Shown here one piece after another: positions 18,485 to 28,258 of a stretch of 64,000 nucleotides of DNA. The translations under genes and the position numbers were made by a program. Below the pieces are notes generated by a model. It saw only the letters and a list, made by a program, of their open reading frames with translations, made no database searches and was not told where the DNA came from. Source of the DNA: Candidatus Omnitrophota bacterium (GTDB lineage: Bacteria > Omnitrophota > Gorgyraeia > Zapsychrales > Zapsychraceae); contig JAHFGL010000003.1 in the NCBI GenBank assembly GCA_023247445.1, positions 14,128-78,127 on the forward strand, given 5' to 3'. Each line of letters starts with the position of its first letter. Positions within the stretch are counted from its first letter, which is position 1.

Positions 18485-19990
18485 TTATCCGCTGGTTTTA
18501 TCCATCCACAAAGCATAAATTACCCAGAAAACGACTGTCGGTAAGGCCGCGTATAAAATGCGGTGTAAGGTGACTTGTAGCCACCAATCGATGGGGAAGT
18601 ACGTATTGATGAAGTAGTAAAAAGTAATGACCGCCGTATAAGCGATAAAAAATAGAGGGAAAATAATTATACGGGGATTTAATAAATGCTTATTGGTGCC
18701 GATTAGAATGGCGATCAAAAGAAGCAAAATAACATTGTACCCGTGCGGTAAGCTCATCCATAAACCATTGAGCCCAGGTAAAATAATTGGCCCAAAACTA
18801 AAAAGAATGATACATAGCTTTAATATTATCCAGCGTTGATCGCTTAAGAGTAACCCCGCCACTAAAACCAACCATAAGCCATTCCAATTTGGACTGACAA
18901 TTTCTGCTAAATAAAACGATAAAATATATTCTAATCTAAATAAGCTGACAGGTTTTATTGTTGAAACAAGACCATTAATCATGGTGATGTTTTTTGGTGC
19001 ATAAAATCCATAGAAAATAATGGATGGAATAGAAGCGATGGCGCCGGCAATAAAAAATGTCTTTAAGATTTTCCATTTATCCTTTGCTGAATCTTTCCAG
19101 AAAATATAAGGCACGGCTAAGCATAGAATGATGAGAGCGGCAATCAAGGCTTCACCTTTTGTAAAGCTTAAGAAAGCTAAGAAAGTTCCGGCGAGTAAAG
19201 CGTAAATGGGATGGTGGGTTTCTTTTAATTCGATTAGGCAAAAGAAGCTGGCCAAAAGATAAAAGCTCACAACGATGTCGCAGTATTGACTCAAAGATAA
19301 TTTAATATAAAAAGGCATGCTTAAAATGACGAGCGCGGTAAGAAAAGAAAATATACTTTTTGTTTTGTGCCTGAGGGCGAAAGAAAGTAGTCCGATGGTT
19401 AAAAAGGTAAATAAGAAAGAAGTGAAAATGGATGCTTCGACATCAGGTTGGTTGATGAATGTCCAACCCCAGAGAATGGTGCAGGGCAGAAATAAGGGAT
19501 AGTGTGGGCTTGATCGCCATAAAATAGAAGTAAACATTCGCTTCCAATCATCACCGCTTAAAAATAGAAATTTTGCTTTGAGATTCCATACCGACCACGC
19601 ATCCCATCCTCCGTAGGCATAAAAATGGGCATGGATCCATAATGGTAAAGAGATGATAATTAAAAATAGAAATGGGTAGAGAGCTTTTTGGCTAAAAGTG
19701 TTTGGTGGGAAAATTGGTGATTTATCTTTGTTCCACTTTAGAATTTGGATAATGGTTAGCAAACAAAGAACGATTAAATTTCCACTAATGATAAACAGGC
19801 GATTAAATTGATTAAATAAAATAAAACTAGAGAAAACAATGCTTGAACTTATACCAATGCCTAATCCAGCGGCCAAGAAAAGATGAATTGAAGGTGGTAT
19901 CTTGTGTTCTTTAGACGAAAAAAGGTTGATCGCTAAATATCCAATCGTAAAGGAGATAAAAAATGGTAAGTAGACTAATAAGAGATTCAT
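18485..19990 (-). CDS. GT-C-type membrane glycosyltransferase
   Basis: GGWDAWSVWNLKAKFL, HYPLFLP, TKGEA; multi-TM. Confidence 0.75.
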   Translation of the reverse strand: MNLLLVYLPFFISFTIGYLAINLFSSKEHKIPPSIHLFLAAGLGIGISSSIVFSSFILFNQFNRLFIISGNLIVLCLLTIIQILKWNKDKSPIFPPNTFSQKALYPFLFLIIISLPLWIHAHFYAYGGWDAWSVWNLKAKFLFLSGDDWKRMFTSILWRSSPHYPLFLPCTILWGWTFINQPDVEASIFTSFLFTFLTIGLLSFALRHKTKSIFSFLTALVILSMPFYIKLSLSQYCDIVVSFYLLASFFCLIELKETHHPIYALLAGTFLAFLSFTKGEALIAALIILCLAVPYIFWKDSAKDKWKILKTFFIAGAIASIPSIIFYGFYAPKNITMINGLVSTIKPVSLFRLEYILSFYLAEIVSPNWNGLWLVLVAGLLLSDQRWIILKLCIILFSFGPIILPGLNGLWMSLPHGYNVILLLLIAILIGTNKHLLNPRIIIFPLFFIAYTAVITFYYFINTYFPIDWWLQVTLHRILYAALPTVVFWVIYALWMDKTSG

Positions 19991-20418
19991 GGCTTTCTTC
20001 GGATTAATATCATTCCAAATTTATTTACAAACAAAGGTTCAGCATTTAATTCTTTAATTTTTTCAAGGGCCTGAAGATCGTTTTTACAGACTAAAAGAAT
20101 GAATTCATGATTTGTATTGTTGTAGTCAAGCACCGTGGGCGCCAAAATAAATTGAGCCTGAGAAAATAGTTTGTTTGATTCATCATCATTGGTGTCGCTA
20201 TAATAGCCCAAGAGGTTAATCTTTTTGGTAATGTTTTCTAATCCTAGGAATTTGCCCCCGATGACTTGATGCTTTAGATATTTTTTAAATGTTTTAATGC
20301 GGTTGACCTCGGGGATAAAGACAATAACATTAAAAATAATAATGGCCAGGAAGGAGACGATAAGAATTCTCTGGGGCAAAGATTTTGGCCAATTTATTTT
20401 AAATGAGGGCAACGTCAT
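19987..20418 (-). CDS. small membrane-anchored protein, paralog of 23408..23869
   Basis: N-terminal TM; QAQFILAPTVLD. Confidence 0.7.
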   Translation of the reverse strand: MTLPSFKINWPKSLPQRILIVSFLAIIIFNVIVFIPEVNRIKTFKKYLKHQVIGGKFLGLENITKKINLLGYYSDTNDDESNKLFSQAQFILAPTVLDYNNTNHEFILLVCKNDLQALEKIKELNAEPLFVNKFGMILIRRKP

Positions 20419-23411
20419 GGATTTATTTGCGGATTTGGTTTGGTGGCTAGTAGGGTGTTCGCCACATCAAAATTCTTTAAAACTTTTAGATTATATTTTG
20501 CCAAAACAAAGAAATCTTGGAGCCAGTCTTTACTTTCAGGTAAATGGCTCTTCGGGGTTGTTAGATAATAATAATCAAATATTCCATTGGGTCCTTGGCG
20601 GTTAACCTGTTTTAGCCATGTCAGATGATATTTTTCGCGGTAGAAATTAATACTTGGTTCAAAAAGCCAGTTGATCCCAAGGCTCACAGAATTTTCATTT
20701 AAGTTCTTCGTTTTGGGCGCATCTTGCATAATAAATTTTACGGCGTCTTTGGTTGACGCATCGAACTGCCATTCATAAAAGTATTTGATGTTAGCACACC
20801 CAAGAAAGTGGACGAAATAAATTGTTGTTAAAGCATAGAAAAAAGTTTGGGCGGATAATCTAAGGGCTTTCTGAGGAATCGATTGGGCTACTCCTATCAA
20901 GATGACCACAACCATCATAAAAAGAAAAACAAAATAAAGGGCTGTTCTTCCCATAACAAACTTTGTCCCTAAAATTTTCCATTGAAGGAAGATTAAGGAT
21001 GCGCAAAGAAATAGGATTGTTAGGATTCCCATTAAGAATTTATCAGTTGATGAGAACGGTTTTTTCATTATCAGTAGTTGCGCTAGATGGGCTACGCTAA
21101 GAGTTAAAATAGATATGATCAGAAATTTAATGATTAAAATAATATTTAGTCCATCGATAGCTTTTGCGTAAAGGGTGCTATCAATTAAACTTGTTACAGT
21201 GTCCGTCCAGAATCCTTTGTCCCCGCCATAATAAAGTTCATGATAAGTTAATAATTTTTGTAGCGGGACAATGTAAAGAGCCCCCACCACAATTGAACTT
21301 AAGATAATAGAAGGAAAGAGGTTTTTTAGTAGACGTTTAAATATTTCTTTTTCGCGAAATGATTGCAAAAGTTCAAAGCCAAATAGAAACATGATGATAG
21401 CTAGATGAATATGGAGAAAGGCGAGGTTAGATAAAGTAGCCAGAACTAATAACCAAGAGCAAAGGATTAAATTTTTTCTGTAAAGAAGAATGTCATTTGT
21501 CATCAGGATTTTAAAAAAATAATATAAACCCAAAGCCAGAAATCCTAGGCCCAACGCATACCCTCGGGCGCAGGAAAATAAATCTAGCATATAAGGATTG
21601 CACGTCAGCAAAAGAAGTCCTGCGATAAGACTTGGTCCACGTAGAACGATCGAACAAATTTTATAAGCAGCAAACAGAAAAAGCGCATGACCGATCAAAG
21701 CCGGAATTCTTATCGCAAATTCTGACAATCCAAAACAATTGACTGAAATTTTAATAAGTAAACTATTGAGCAGATGGTTGTTTGATGGGTGCGGCTGACT
21801 AAAGGTTAATATTTGAAGAAATGAGGCCGAGGCATGACGCAGATATGTTAACGCTTCATCATGGGTGATCGATATGTTGTAAGCACGGATGAGCGTATAA
21901 ATAAATAATCCCGCCATGATGAGAAAGCAGATCCAGTGAGTAATTCTATTTCTGTCATCCTGAGCGTAGCGAAGGATCTCAGGATTCTTACGTGGCTTGA
22001 GATTTTTTGCCTCGCTCTTGGCAGGCTCAGAATGTTGGGGTGATAACTTTGTTGTTTGGTCTGACCAATAACAAAAAAATGATAGAAAGAGAATGGAGGG
22101 CAAAAGCTGCAGGTAAAGGCGCTCCAGTGACATTGACAGCCACCAATGGATATCGATATTGGTGTTGACCAGATAGATAAAGATTAGGATCGCGATGTAA
22201 GTAATGATGGAGAAGCTAATAATTTTATTTTCTTTATAAAATAATTTTGGAAATTTTAGGATGCCCAACAAAATAACCAATAACCAAATAAAGCTCCATC
22301 GTTTATCAATGATCTCGTTGAATACTGTTTTTTGAATGAGCAGAAATTTTTGGGCCTGTGTAATGTTTAGCTGAACTGCTTTTAAGCTGGGAAGAATATC
22401 TTCGTTGGGCGGCGCCAGGAATACTTTGAAGATGATCGTTGGCAATGCGGCAACGATTAATCCTATCAACATAAAGCGAATCAGGCTCCAACTTGTTTTC
22501 TTGCTTATCGTTTTATCAAATATTAGATAAAGTGTCGTGACGCTTGCCAAGATCCCCGTCATTACCATGCCTTCATTCTTGATGAAGGACAAAAATCCCA
22601 GGAATAGTCCATAAAGAATAGCCACGCGGTGATCTTTTAAATGCATCATGATGATCATTGTGACAAATGCGGCCAAAAGATAATACGCTAAGACAATATC
22701 GGCATATTGGGCCGTCGACCAAAAAATGAAATAAGGATGAGATAAAAGTAATAAGGAGGCAAAAATTCCAGCGGGCTTTAAATTAAGATGCTTTAAGGCC
22801 GCATAGACTAAAAGACAGGCGCTGACCGTAAATAAAAAAGACGTTATAAGCGGAATTGGAAAAAGATTGTTGGCGAAAAAGGAATAAATCCAAACATTAA
22901 CAAATGGTAAGAAAAGTGGGTAGTCGGGATGAGTATGCCAGTTTAGGCCTGATAAAATATCTTGCCAGGGCGTTTGGCTAAAGAGGAGAAACTTGGTTTT
23001 TAAATTCCACATCGCCCAGGCGTCCCATTCGCCGTAGGGATGTTTTTGGATAAGGAATAAGATTATTCCAGACAAGATAAGCCAGCAACAAGCAATTAGA
23101 ATATCTAATGGTTTAAGATTTTTTATCGATTTTTTAAATTGGTCAACGAGTGATGAGGAGCGCAACGACGAGAAATTAAGATAGATTAATAGAATTAAGA
23201 AAAGAAGATTGGCCGTAACAATGGCCAACGCATTAAATTGACGCAGGAATAAGAAAGAAAAGAATGTAATAAATGAGGAGAATCCTAATCCAAGGCCAAG
23301 GGCGAGTAAGAGATGAAGGCTTAATGAAATTGGTTTTGTATTTTTTAATAAAAAAGAAATGGCGAGGAATCCAAGGCAAAAAGAAATAAGGTAGGGGAAA
23401 AAATGGATCAT
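20415..23411 (-). CDS. fusion of two GT-C-type glycosyltransferase modules linked by a translated palindrome
   Basis: N-half GEWDAWAMWNLK/DYPL/KNEG paralogous to 18485..19990; C-half ITHDEA/NNHLLNS/ARGY. Confidence 0.75.
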   Translation of the reverse strand: MIHFFPYLISFCLGFLAISFLLKNTKPISLSLHLLLALGLGLGFSSFITFFSFLFLRQFNALAIVTANLLFLILLIYLNFSSLRSSSLVDQFKKSIKNLKPLDILIACCWLILSGIILFLIQKHPYGEWDAWAMWNLKTKFLLFSQTPWQDILSGLNWHTHPDYPLFLPFVNVWIYSFFANNLFPIPLITSFLFTVSACLLVYAALKHLNLKPAGIFASLLLLSHPYFIFWSTAQYADIVLAYYLLAAFVTMIIMMHLKDHRVAILYGLFLGFLSFIKNEGMVMTGILASVTTLYLIFDKTISKKTSWSLIRFMLIGLIVAALPTIIFKVFLAPPNEDILPSLKAVQLNITQAQKFLLIQKTVFNEIIDKRWSFIWLLVILLGILKFPKLFYKENKIISFSIITYIAILIFIYLVNTNIDIHWWLSMSLERLYLQLLPSILFLSFFCYWSDQTTKLSPQHSEPAKSEAKNLKPRKNPEILRYAQDDRNRITHWICFLIMAGLFIYTLIRAYNISITHDEALTYLRHASASFLQILTFSQPHPSNNHLLNSLLIKISVNCFGLSEFAIRIPALIGHALFLFAAYKICSIVLRGPSLIAGLLLLTCNPYMLDLFSCARGYALGLGFLALGLYYFFKILMTNDILLYRKNLILCSWLLVLATLSNLAFLHIHLAIIMFLFGFELLQSFREKEIFKRLLKNLFPSIILSSIVVGALYIVPLQKLLTYHELYYGGDKGFWTDTVTSLIDSTLYAKAIDGLNIILIIKFLIISILTLSVAHLAQLLIMKKPFSSTDKFLMGILTILFLCASLIFLQWKILGTKFVMGRTALYFVFLFMMVVVILIGVAQSIPQKALRLSAQTFFYALTTIYFVHFLGCANIKYFYEWQFDASTKDAVKFIMQDAPKTKNLNENSVSLGINWLFEPSINFYREKYHLTWLKQVNRQGPNGIFDYYYLTTPKSHLPESKDWLQDFFVLAKYNLKVLKNFDVANTLLATKPNPQINP
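21954..22036. repeat. REP-like palindrome copy 2, in-frame within CDS
   Basis: gtcatcctgagcgtagcgaaggatctc...gagattttttgcctcgctc..ctcagaatg; encodes HSEPAKSEAKNLKPRKNPEILRYAQDD on - strand. Confidence 0.85.
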
Positions 23412-23869
23412 CGTTTTCTTTGCGTCAAGGCCTGTCCGTAGTCATTGTGGGCCACTGGACGGGCATTAATTTTTCTTAACACCATTGGAAGAATTGTATA
23501 ATCAGGAAAGTCGACAATGTTAAATACTGGATTGGGTCGATTGAGTTCTAAGATCGTTGGCGCCAAGAAATACTGTGCTTGTAAGAAAATCCCATCGTTT
23601 TTTTCTCGCGACATATCTTTGCTGGTTAAATAGCCAACACGTTCTATCCCAGCGAGTTTAGGTTTGAAGGTGAGAAATTGATACCCTGGCTCGTAATAAG
23701 TGCTATAACCACTGGCAACATGGGCCATGACACTAATATAAAGAGAAATAATATTATGGATAAGAAGTCCGCAGGTTAATGCCAAAATGAGGGTGTTTAC
23801 GTGAAACCATTTTTTGGGGAACATAGGCGAAGCTATTTTATTACTGGACCTTTGAGAAAACAAGCTCAA
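23408..23869 (-). CDS. small membrane-anchored protein
   Basis: TM; QAQYFLAPTILE; start may be downstream ATG. Confidence 0.7.
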   Translation of the reverse strand: MSLFSQRSSNKIASPMFPKKWFHVNTLILALTCGLLIHNIISLYISVMAHVASGYSTYYEPGYQFLTFKPKLAGIERVGYLTSKDMSREKNDGIFLQAQYFLAPTILELNRPNPVFNIVDFPDYTILPMVLRKINARPVAHNDYGQALTQRKR

Positions 23870-23985
23870 AATTACCCGCCGCGCATCTAATTTGAAGAGA
23901 AGTAAAACTAAAAATTAGGGCTTTCTTAAATTTATCTTAGTCAGTATAATATAGCCCGTTTAGAGACATTATTTTGTTTAGACAA

Positions 23986-24133
23986 CAGCATTAAAATAAA
24001 TTCCAATAAACAAGTACCAAATACCAAACAATCCACAAATACCAATGACCAAAAGTCATATTTAGCTTTGTAGTTTGTTAATTGGAATTTGTTTGGTATT
24101 TGAGATTTGGGATTTTGAATTTAAAAAGAGGAG
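23986..24133. repeat. inverted low-complexity CCAAAT/ATTTGG repeat ending in an RBS
   Basis: aaattccaataaacaagtaccaaatacca identical to copy near 10635. Confidence 0.8.
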
Positions 24134-24139
24134 AAGAAG

Positions 24140-25156
24140 TTGGTTCATGTCGGGATTATCGGTTGTGGTCATTGGGGGCCCAACCACGTTCGTATTTTTT
24201 CACAGCTCTTAAATTCTAAGGCCTTGATGTGCGCTGATTTTGATGAAGGCCGGCTTAAAACGATAAAAAGTTTATTTCCTCAGATTGAGACAACCACAGA
24301 TTATAAGAAGATTTTAGCGAATAAAGAGATCCATGCGGTCTGCATCGCGACTCCAACCAATACACATTATTCGATAGCCAAAGAAGCCTTGGAACATGAC
24401 AAACATGTCTTGTGTGAAAAGCCTCTTGCGTTAACTTCCTCCGAATGTGAAGAGCTCAAAAATCTGGCCCGTGACAAAAATCGGCTGCTTATGGTTGGAC
24501 ATGTTTTTCTTTTTAATAAAGGAATTTTGTGGCTTAAGGAATATATTCAGTCAGGGGAGTTGGGGCATATTCATTATGCGTATGCTACAAGAACTAATCT
24601 GGGGCCGTTTCGTTATGATGTTAATGCGCTTTGGGATTTGGCGCCGCATGATATTTCAATCTTTAATTTTTTGTTTAATAGTGCGCCGGTAAATGTCTCG
24701 GCCCGCGGACAAAAATGTTTGGGGAATTCGCAGGAAGATTTGGCCTTTGCCACGTTAGAGTATCCGGGGAATTGTATGGCGAACGTCCATGTCAGCTGGC
24801 TTGATCCTAAAAAGGTTCGACAGATTACAATCGTTGGTGATAAGAAAATGGTGGTTTGGGATGATTTGGATAATCTCGGGCCCATTCAGCTTTATGATAA
24901 ACATGTCGAGAAAACGTCAACCTTCTATGCCACGTATGGTGAATTTCAGTTATTGTCTAAAGAAGGAAATATTACGATTCCCAAAATAGGATTTAATGAG
25001 CCCCTTAAAGCGCAGGCTGAATATTTTATTAATTGTATTGAGCAAAATAAAAATCCTGATGTCTGTGACGCGCAAAAAGGATTGGACGTCACAAAAACTT
25101 TGTGTGCGATTCAGCAATCTATGGATCGTAAAGGTGAATGCGTGGTGGTTAAGTGA
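24140..25156 (+). CDS. Gfo/Idh/MocA oxidoreductase (WlbA/WbpB-like)
   Basis: IGCGHWG, CEKP, WDLAPHD. Confidence 0.9.
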   Translation: MVHVGIIGCGHWGPNHVRIFSQLLNSKALMCADFDEGRLKTIKSLFPQIETTTDYKKILANKEIHAVCIATPTNTHYSIAKEALEHDKHVLCEKPLALTSSECEELKNLARDKNRLLMVGHVFLFNKGILWLKEYIQSGELGHIHYAYATRTNLGPFRYDVNALWDLAPHDISIFNFLFNSAPVNVSARGQKCLGNSQEDLAFATLEYPGNCMANVHVSWLDPKKVRQITIVGDKKMVVWDDLDNLGPIQLYDKHVEKTSTFYATYGEFQLLSKEGNITIPKIGFNEPLKAQAEYFINCIEQNKNPDVCDAQKGLDVTKTLCAIQQSMDRKGECVVVK

Positions 25157-25710
25157 GTTATTTTAAACATGAAAAAGCGATGGTCCATCCTGACGCCAAA
25201 ATTGGGGAAGGAACGCGTTGTTGGGCCAACACCAATGTTCAAGCAGGCGCTGTCATTGGTCAAGGATGTAATATCTGCGATGGCAGCTTTGTTGAAAAGG
25301 GGGCGGTCGTTGGCCATCATGTGACGATCAAACACCATGTCTCTATTTTTGATGGGGTGACTATTGAAGATGATGTTTTTATTGGATCCAATATTGCTTT
25401 TATCAATGATCGTTATCCGCGCAGCAATCGTAAAGATGCATGGACGCTTGAGAAGACGTTGGTTAAAAAGGGAGCAACCATTGGAACAAATGCCGTTATC
25501 TTATGTGGCTTAACGATTGGTCAATATGCGCTTGTGGCCGCAGGAGCGGTTGTTGTTAAGAATGTTTTAGATCACGAGGTTGTGGCTGGAAATCCTGCAC
25601 GAGCGAAAGGTTATGCCTGCCACTGCGGACGTCCGCTTGATGCCAAATATAAATGTGCGAAATGTAAACGGCAATATCGTAAGAAAAAATTTGGATTGGA
25701 AGAAAAATAA
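25153..25710 (+). CDS. hexapeptide-repeat N-acetyltransferase (WlbB/WbpD-like)
   Basis: Hexapeptide repeats, NDRYPRS, GNPAR, C-terminal CHCG..CAKC. Confidence 0.9.
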   Translation: MSYFKHEKAMVHPDAKIGEGTRCWANTNVQAGAVIGQGCNICDGSFVEKGAVVGHHVTIKHHVSIFDGVTIEDDVFIGSNIAFINDRYPRSNRKDAWTLEKTLVKKGATIGTNAVILCGLTIGQYALVAAGAVVVKNVLDHEVVAGNPARAKGYACHCGRPLDAKYKCAKCKRQYRKKKFGLEEK

Positions 25711-25717
25711 ATTTATT

Positions 25718-25880
25718 GTCATTCTTCGTTCCGCAAAGCGGAACGAAGAATCTCAGGACACTTAAAACTTATGGGATCCTTCGCATCAACTTTCCTTTAA
25801 TATTTTAGAGGAAGTTGGTACGTACTGACTTCATCTAAATATAAATTATGGAAAAGTCAGTACGCTACGCTCCATTAGAC
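25718..25880. repeat. REP-like palindrome copy 3 with nested 78-bp insert (25785-25862) in right arm
   Basis: gtcattct...gaagaatctc...ggatccttcgc[insert]cgctacgctc; right end degenerate. Confidence 0.85.
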
Positions 25881-25903
25881 GAGAGCGTCGAATAAAATAT
25901 AAA

Positions 25904-26635
25904 ATGTCGAAAATTCTGGTCTGTCCGGTTGCCTTTAATGAACATGTGAAGTTAAAGAATGCGATTGAACGCTTTTTGAAATCTGCTGCTTATGGCAAAG
26001 TCGATTATTTAATCGTTGATGACGGTTCAACTGACGGCACAACCGAAATGATTGTAAGTTACGCCTCTTCGGGAGTTAAGACGATTAAGCATGGGCAGCG
26101 AAGCGGCGTTGGCGTTGCGATTCGCACGGCAATCAACCATGCTAAAGTTCGTGGTTATGAAATTTTAGTGATCATGGCGGGCAATGATAAAGATAATCCC
26201 GAAGAGATTCCACGGTTGATTGATCCGATTGTTAAAGAAGGTTATGATTTTGTGCAAGGTTCACGTTATAAGGGCGCCAATGGCATCGGCGGTGATATGC
26301 CGTTTTATCGAAAGGTAGCAACGAAGCTTCATCCACTTCTTATGTCGATTATTACGGGCCAGAAGATAACAGACTCGACTAATGGTTTTCGAGCTTTTCG
26401 ACTTTCGATTTTTGATAATAAAGATATTAATATTGATCAACCGTGGCTGGACAAATATGAACTTGAGCCGTATTTGCTTTTTAAAGCAATTAAGTTGGGA
26501 TATAAATTTCAAGAAGCGGCTGTTACAAAGATTTATCCATCTAAGAAGCTTGGTTACACCAAGATGCAACCGTTTATCGGCTGGTGGAGCATTTTAAGAC
26601 CAGTAATTTTTTTAGGTTTAGGAATCAAAAAATAA
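25904..26635 (+). CDS. glycosyltransferase family 2 (DPM-synthase-like)
   Basis: VDDGSTDGT, VQGSRY, DSTNGFRA. Confidence 0.9.
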   Translation: MSKILVCPVAFNEHVKLKNAIERFLKSAAYGKVDYLIVDDGSTDGTTEMIVSYASSGVKTIKHGQRSGVGVAIRTAINHAKVRGYEILVIMAGNDKDNPEEIPRLIDPIVKEGYDFVQGSRYKGANGIGGDMPFYRKVATKLHPLLMSIITGQKITDSTNGFRAFRLSIFDNKDINIDQPWLDKYELEPYLLFKAIKLGYKFQEAAVTKIYPSKKLGYTKMQPFIGWWSILRPVIFLGLGIKK

Positions 26636-26666
26636 TTTACATCAACATATAACAAAGGATACCCAC

Positions 26667-26942
26667 ATGAAACAAAAACATCTTCTAATAGTATTAACGG
26701 TGTTGTTGGTTGGTTGTGCTTATAAAGGACAGCAGGCGCTTGAAACCTATATTGATGAACCCGAAACAATTTTGCGTGATCCTCATTTTACTAATTATCA
26801 AGAAGCCAGTGATCATTTAGAAAGCGAATATTTAAAGAAGACGATCACCTATGCCGAGTATGTAGAAAAGAAAAAAGAGCTGGATGATAAGTACGCGAAA
26901 GAAGTCCATGAGCGTGATTCAATCGTCGCTCCGGGGCAATAA
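26667..26942 (+). CDS. small lipoprotein
   Basis: LVGC lipobox. Confidence 0.7.
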   Translation: MKQKHLLIVLTVLLVGCAYKGQQALETYIDEPETILRDPHFTNYQEASDHLESEYLKKTITYAEYVEKKKELDDKYAKEVHERDSIVAPGQ

Positions 26943-26943
26943 T

Positions 26944-27678
26944 ATGCGCCTTTATGGTAAAAATCCTGTTATTGAACGCTTACGTTCGAATCCCACCACG
27001 ATAAAGAAAATATTTATTGAAGATAATTTCTCAGAGGCTTCGTATATCCATCAGAAGGCGAAGAAATGGGGGATCTCTGTTTTTATTATCACGCGAGCTA
27101 GAATGATTAAGATCGCGCGCAATATTAATACTCAGGGGATTTTAGTTGAGGTCGATGATTTTGTTTACACGCCTTACGATGAACTTCTTGAAGATGCGCG
27201 AGATAAACATAAGTGTATTTTGTTTTTAGATGAATTAAATGATCCGCAGAATTTGGGCGGCATTATCCGTAGTGTTGCTTGTTTGGGAAAGTTTTCGATT
27301 GTCCTGCCCACCCATGATTCGGTCAGCGTCACTGATGCTGTTTTACGTGTTGCCTCCGGTGGTGATAATTATGTCAAGATTGCCAGGGTTTCTAATTTAA
27401 CGAATGCGATTAAATCCGCCAAAGATTCAGATTTTGAGATTGCCGGTGCTGTCGTTGAGGGTGGAGAATCGTTAATTGATGTTACGTTTCCATATCCATT
27501 AGGACTGGTGGTTGGCTCGGAACAAAAGGGAATTCGTGAGGTGATTCGTAAACATTTAGATTTACAGGTAACCATCCCAATGGCGGCTGCTTCTGGGCTG
27601 TCTTATAACGTGACCCACGCCACAACCATGTTTTGCTATGAAATCACACGACAAAAAAAGCTCAGAGAAAAAAAGTAA
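26944..27678 (+). CDS. rlmB: 23S rRNA Gm2251 methyltransferase (TrmH/SpoU family)
   Basis: YGKNPV.E, DPQNLG.I.RS, GSEQKG, SYNV. Confidence 0.85.
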   Translation: MRLYGKNPVIERLRSNPTTIKKIFIEDNFSEASYIHQKAKKWGISVFIITRARMIKIARNINTQGILVEVDDFVYTPYDELLEDARDKHKCILFLDELNDPQNLGGIIRSVACLGKFSIVLPTHDSVSVTDAVLRVASGGDNYVKIARVSNLTNAIKSAKDSDFEIAGAVVEGGESLIDVTFPYPLGLVVGSEQKGIREVIRKHLDLQVTIPMAAASGLSYNVTHATTMFCYEITRQKKLREKK

Positions 27679-28258
27679 AGTATCGGCGGAAACGCATCTC
27701 ATCAATTTATTTGCTGAAGCGGGCCTTTTAAAAAAGGTCAAGCGCAGCGGTTGGTGGGTGGTTGGTATCCGCAATCCTGAAAGTGTGGCTGATCATTCTT
27801 TTCGCTGCGCCATTATCGGGTATCACATTGCCCAATTAGAAAAGGTTGACCCTTATAAAGTTTTGGTGATGACTTTATTTAATGACATCCATGAAGCGCG
27901 GATTAATGATTTGCATAAAATGGGTCATTATTACATTGATTTTAAAGATGCGGAAAAGAAAGTTTTCAAAGATCAGGTAAAATATTTGGGAAGTAAGGTT
28001 AAGCTCGAGATGGAGGATTGCCGCCGAGGATATGATGAGCAGAAGACTAAAGAAAGCATCGTCGCCCGCGATGCGGATATTTTAGAGTGTTTGCTGCAGG
28101 CAAAAGAATATTATGAGGAAGGCTATACGAAGGCCAAGAAATTTTTCCAAAAAGCCCCGGGTTATTTGAAAACAAAAACCGCAAAGCGTCTTTGGCAACA
28201 GATTAAACGTTGGGATAGCTCAAAGTGGTGGGAAGATGTGGTTAAATTTGAAAGATAG
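27638..28258 (+). CDS. HD domain phosphohydrolase (YfbR/HDDC2-like)
   Basis: RSGW, ESVADHS, DADILE. Confidence 0.85.
   Translation: MKSHDKKSSEKKSKVSAETHLINLFAEAGLLKKVKRSGWWVVGIRNPESVADHSFRCAIIGYHIAQLEKVDPYKVLVMTLFNDIHEARINDLHKMGHYYIDFKDAEKKVFKDQVKYLGSKVKLEMEDCRRGYDEQKTKESIVARDADILECLLQAKEYYEEGYTKAKKFFQKAPGYLKTKTAKRLWQQIKRWDSSKWWEDVVKFER

Noticed and set aside
25580-25765. ORF reading into REP copy 3
   Set aside because: Out-of-frame overlap with the acetyltransferase gene; no RBS or recognisable motif
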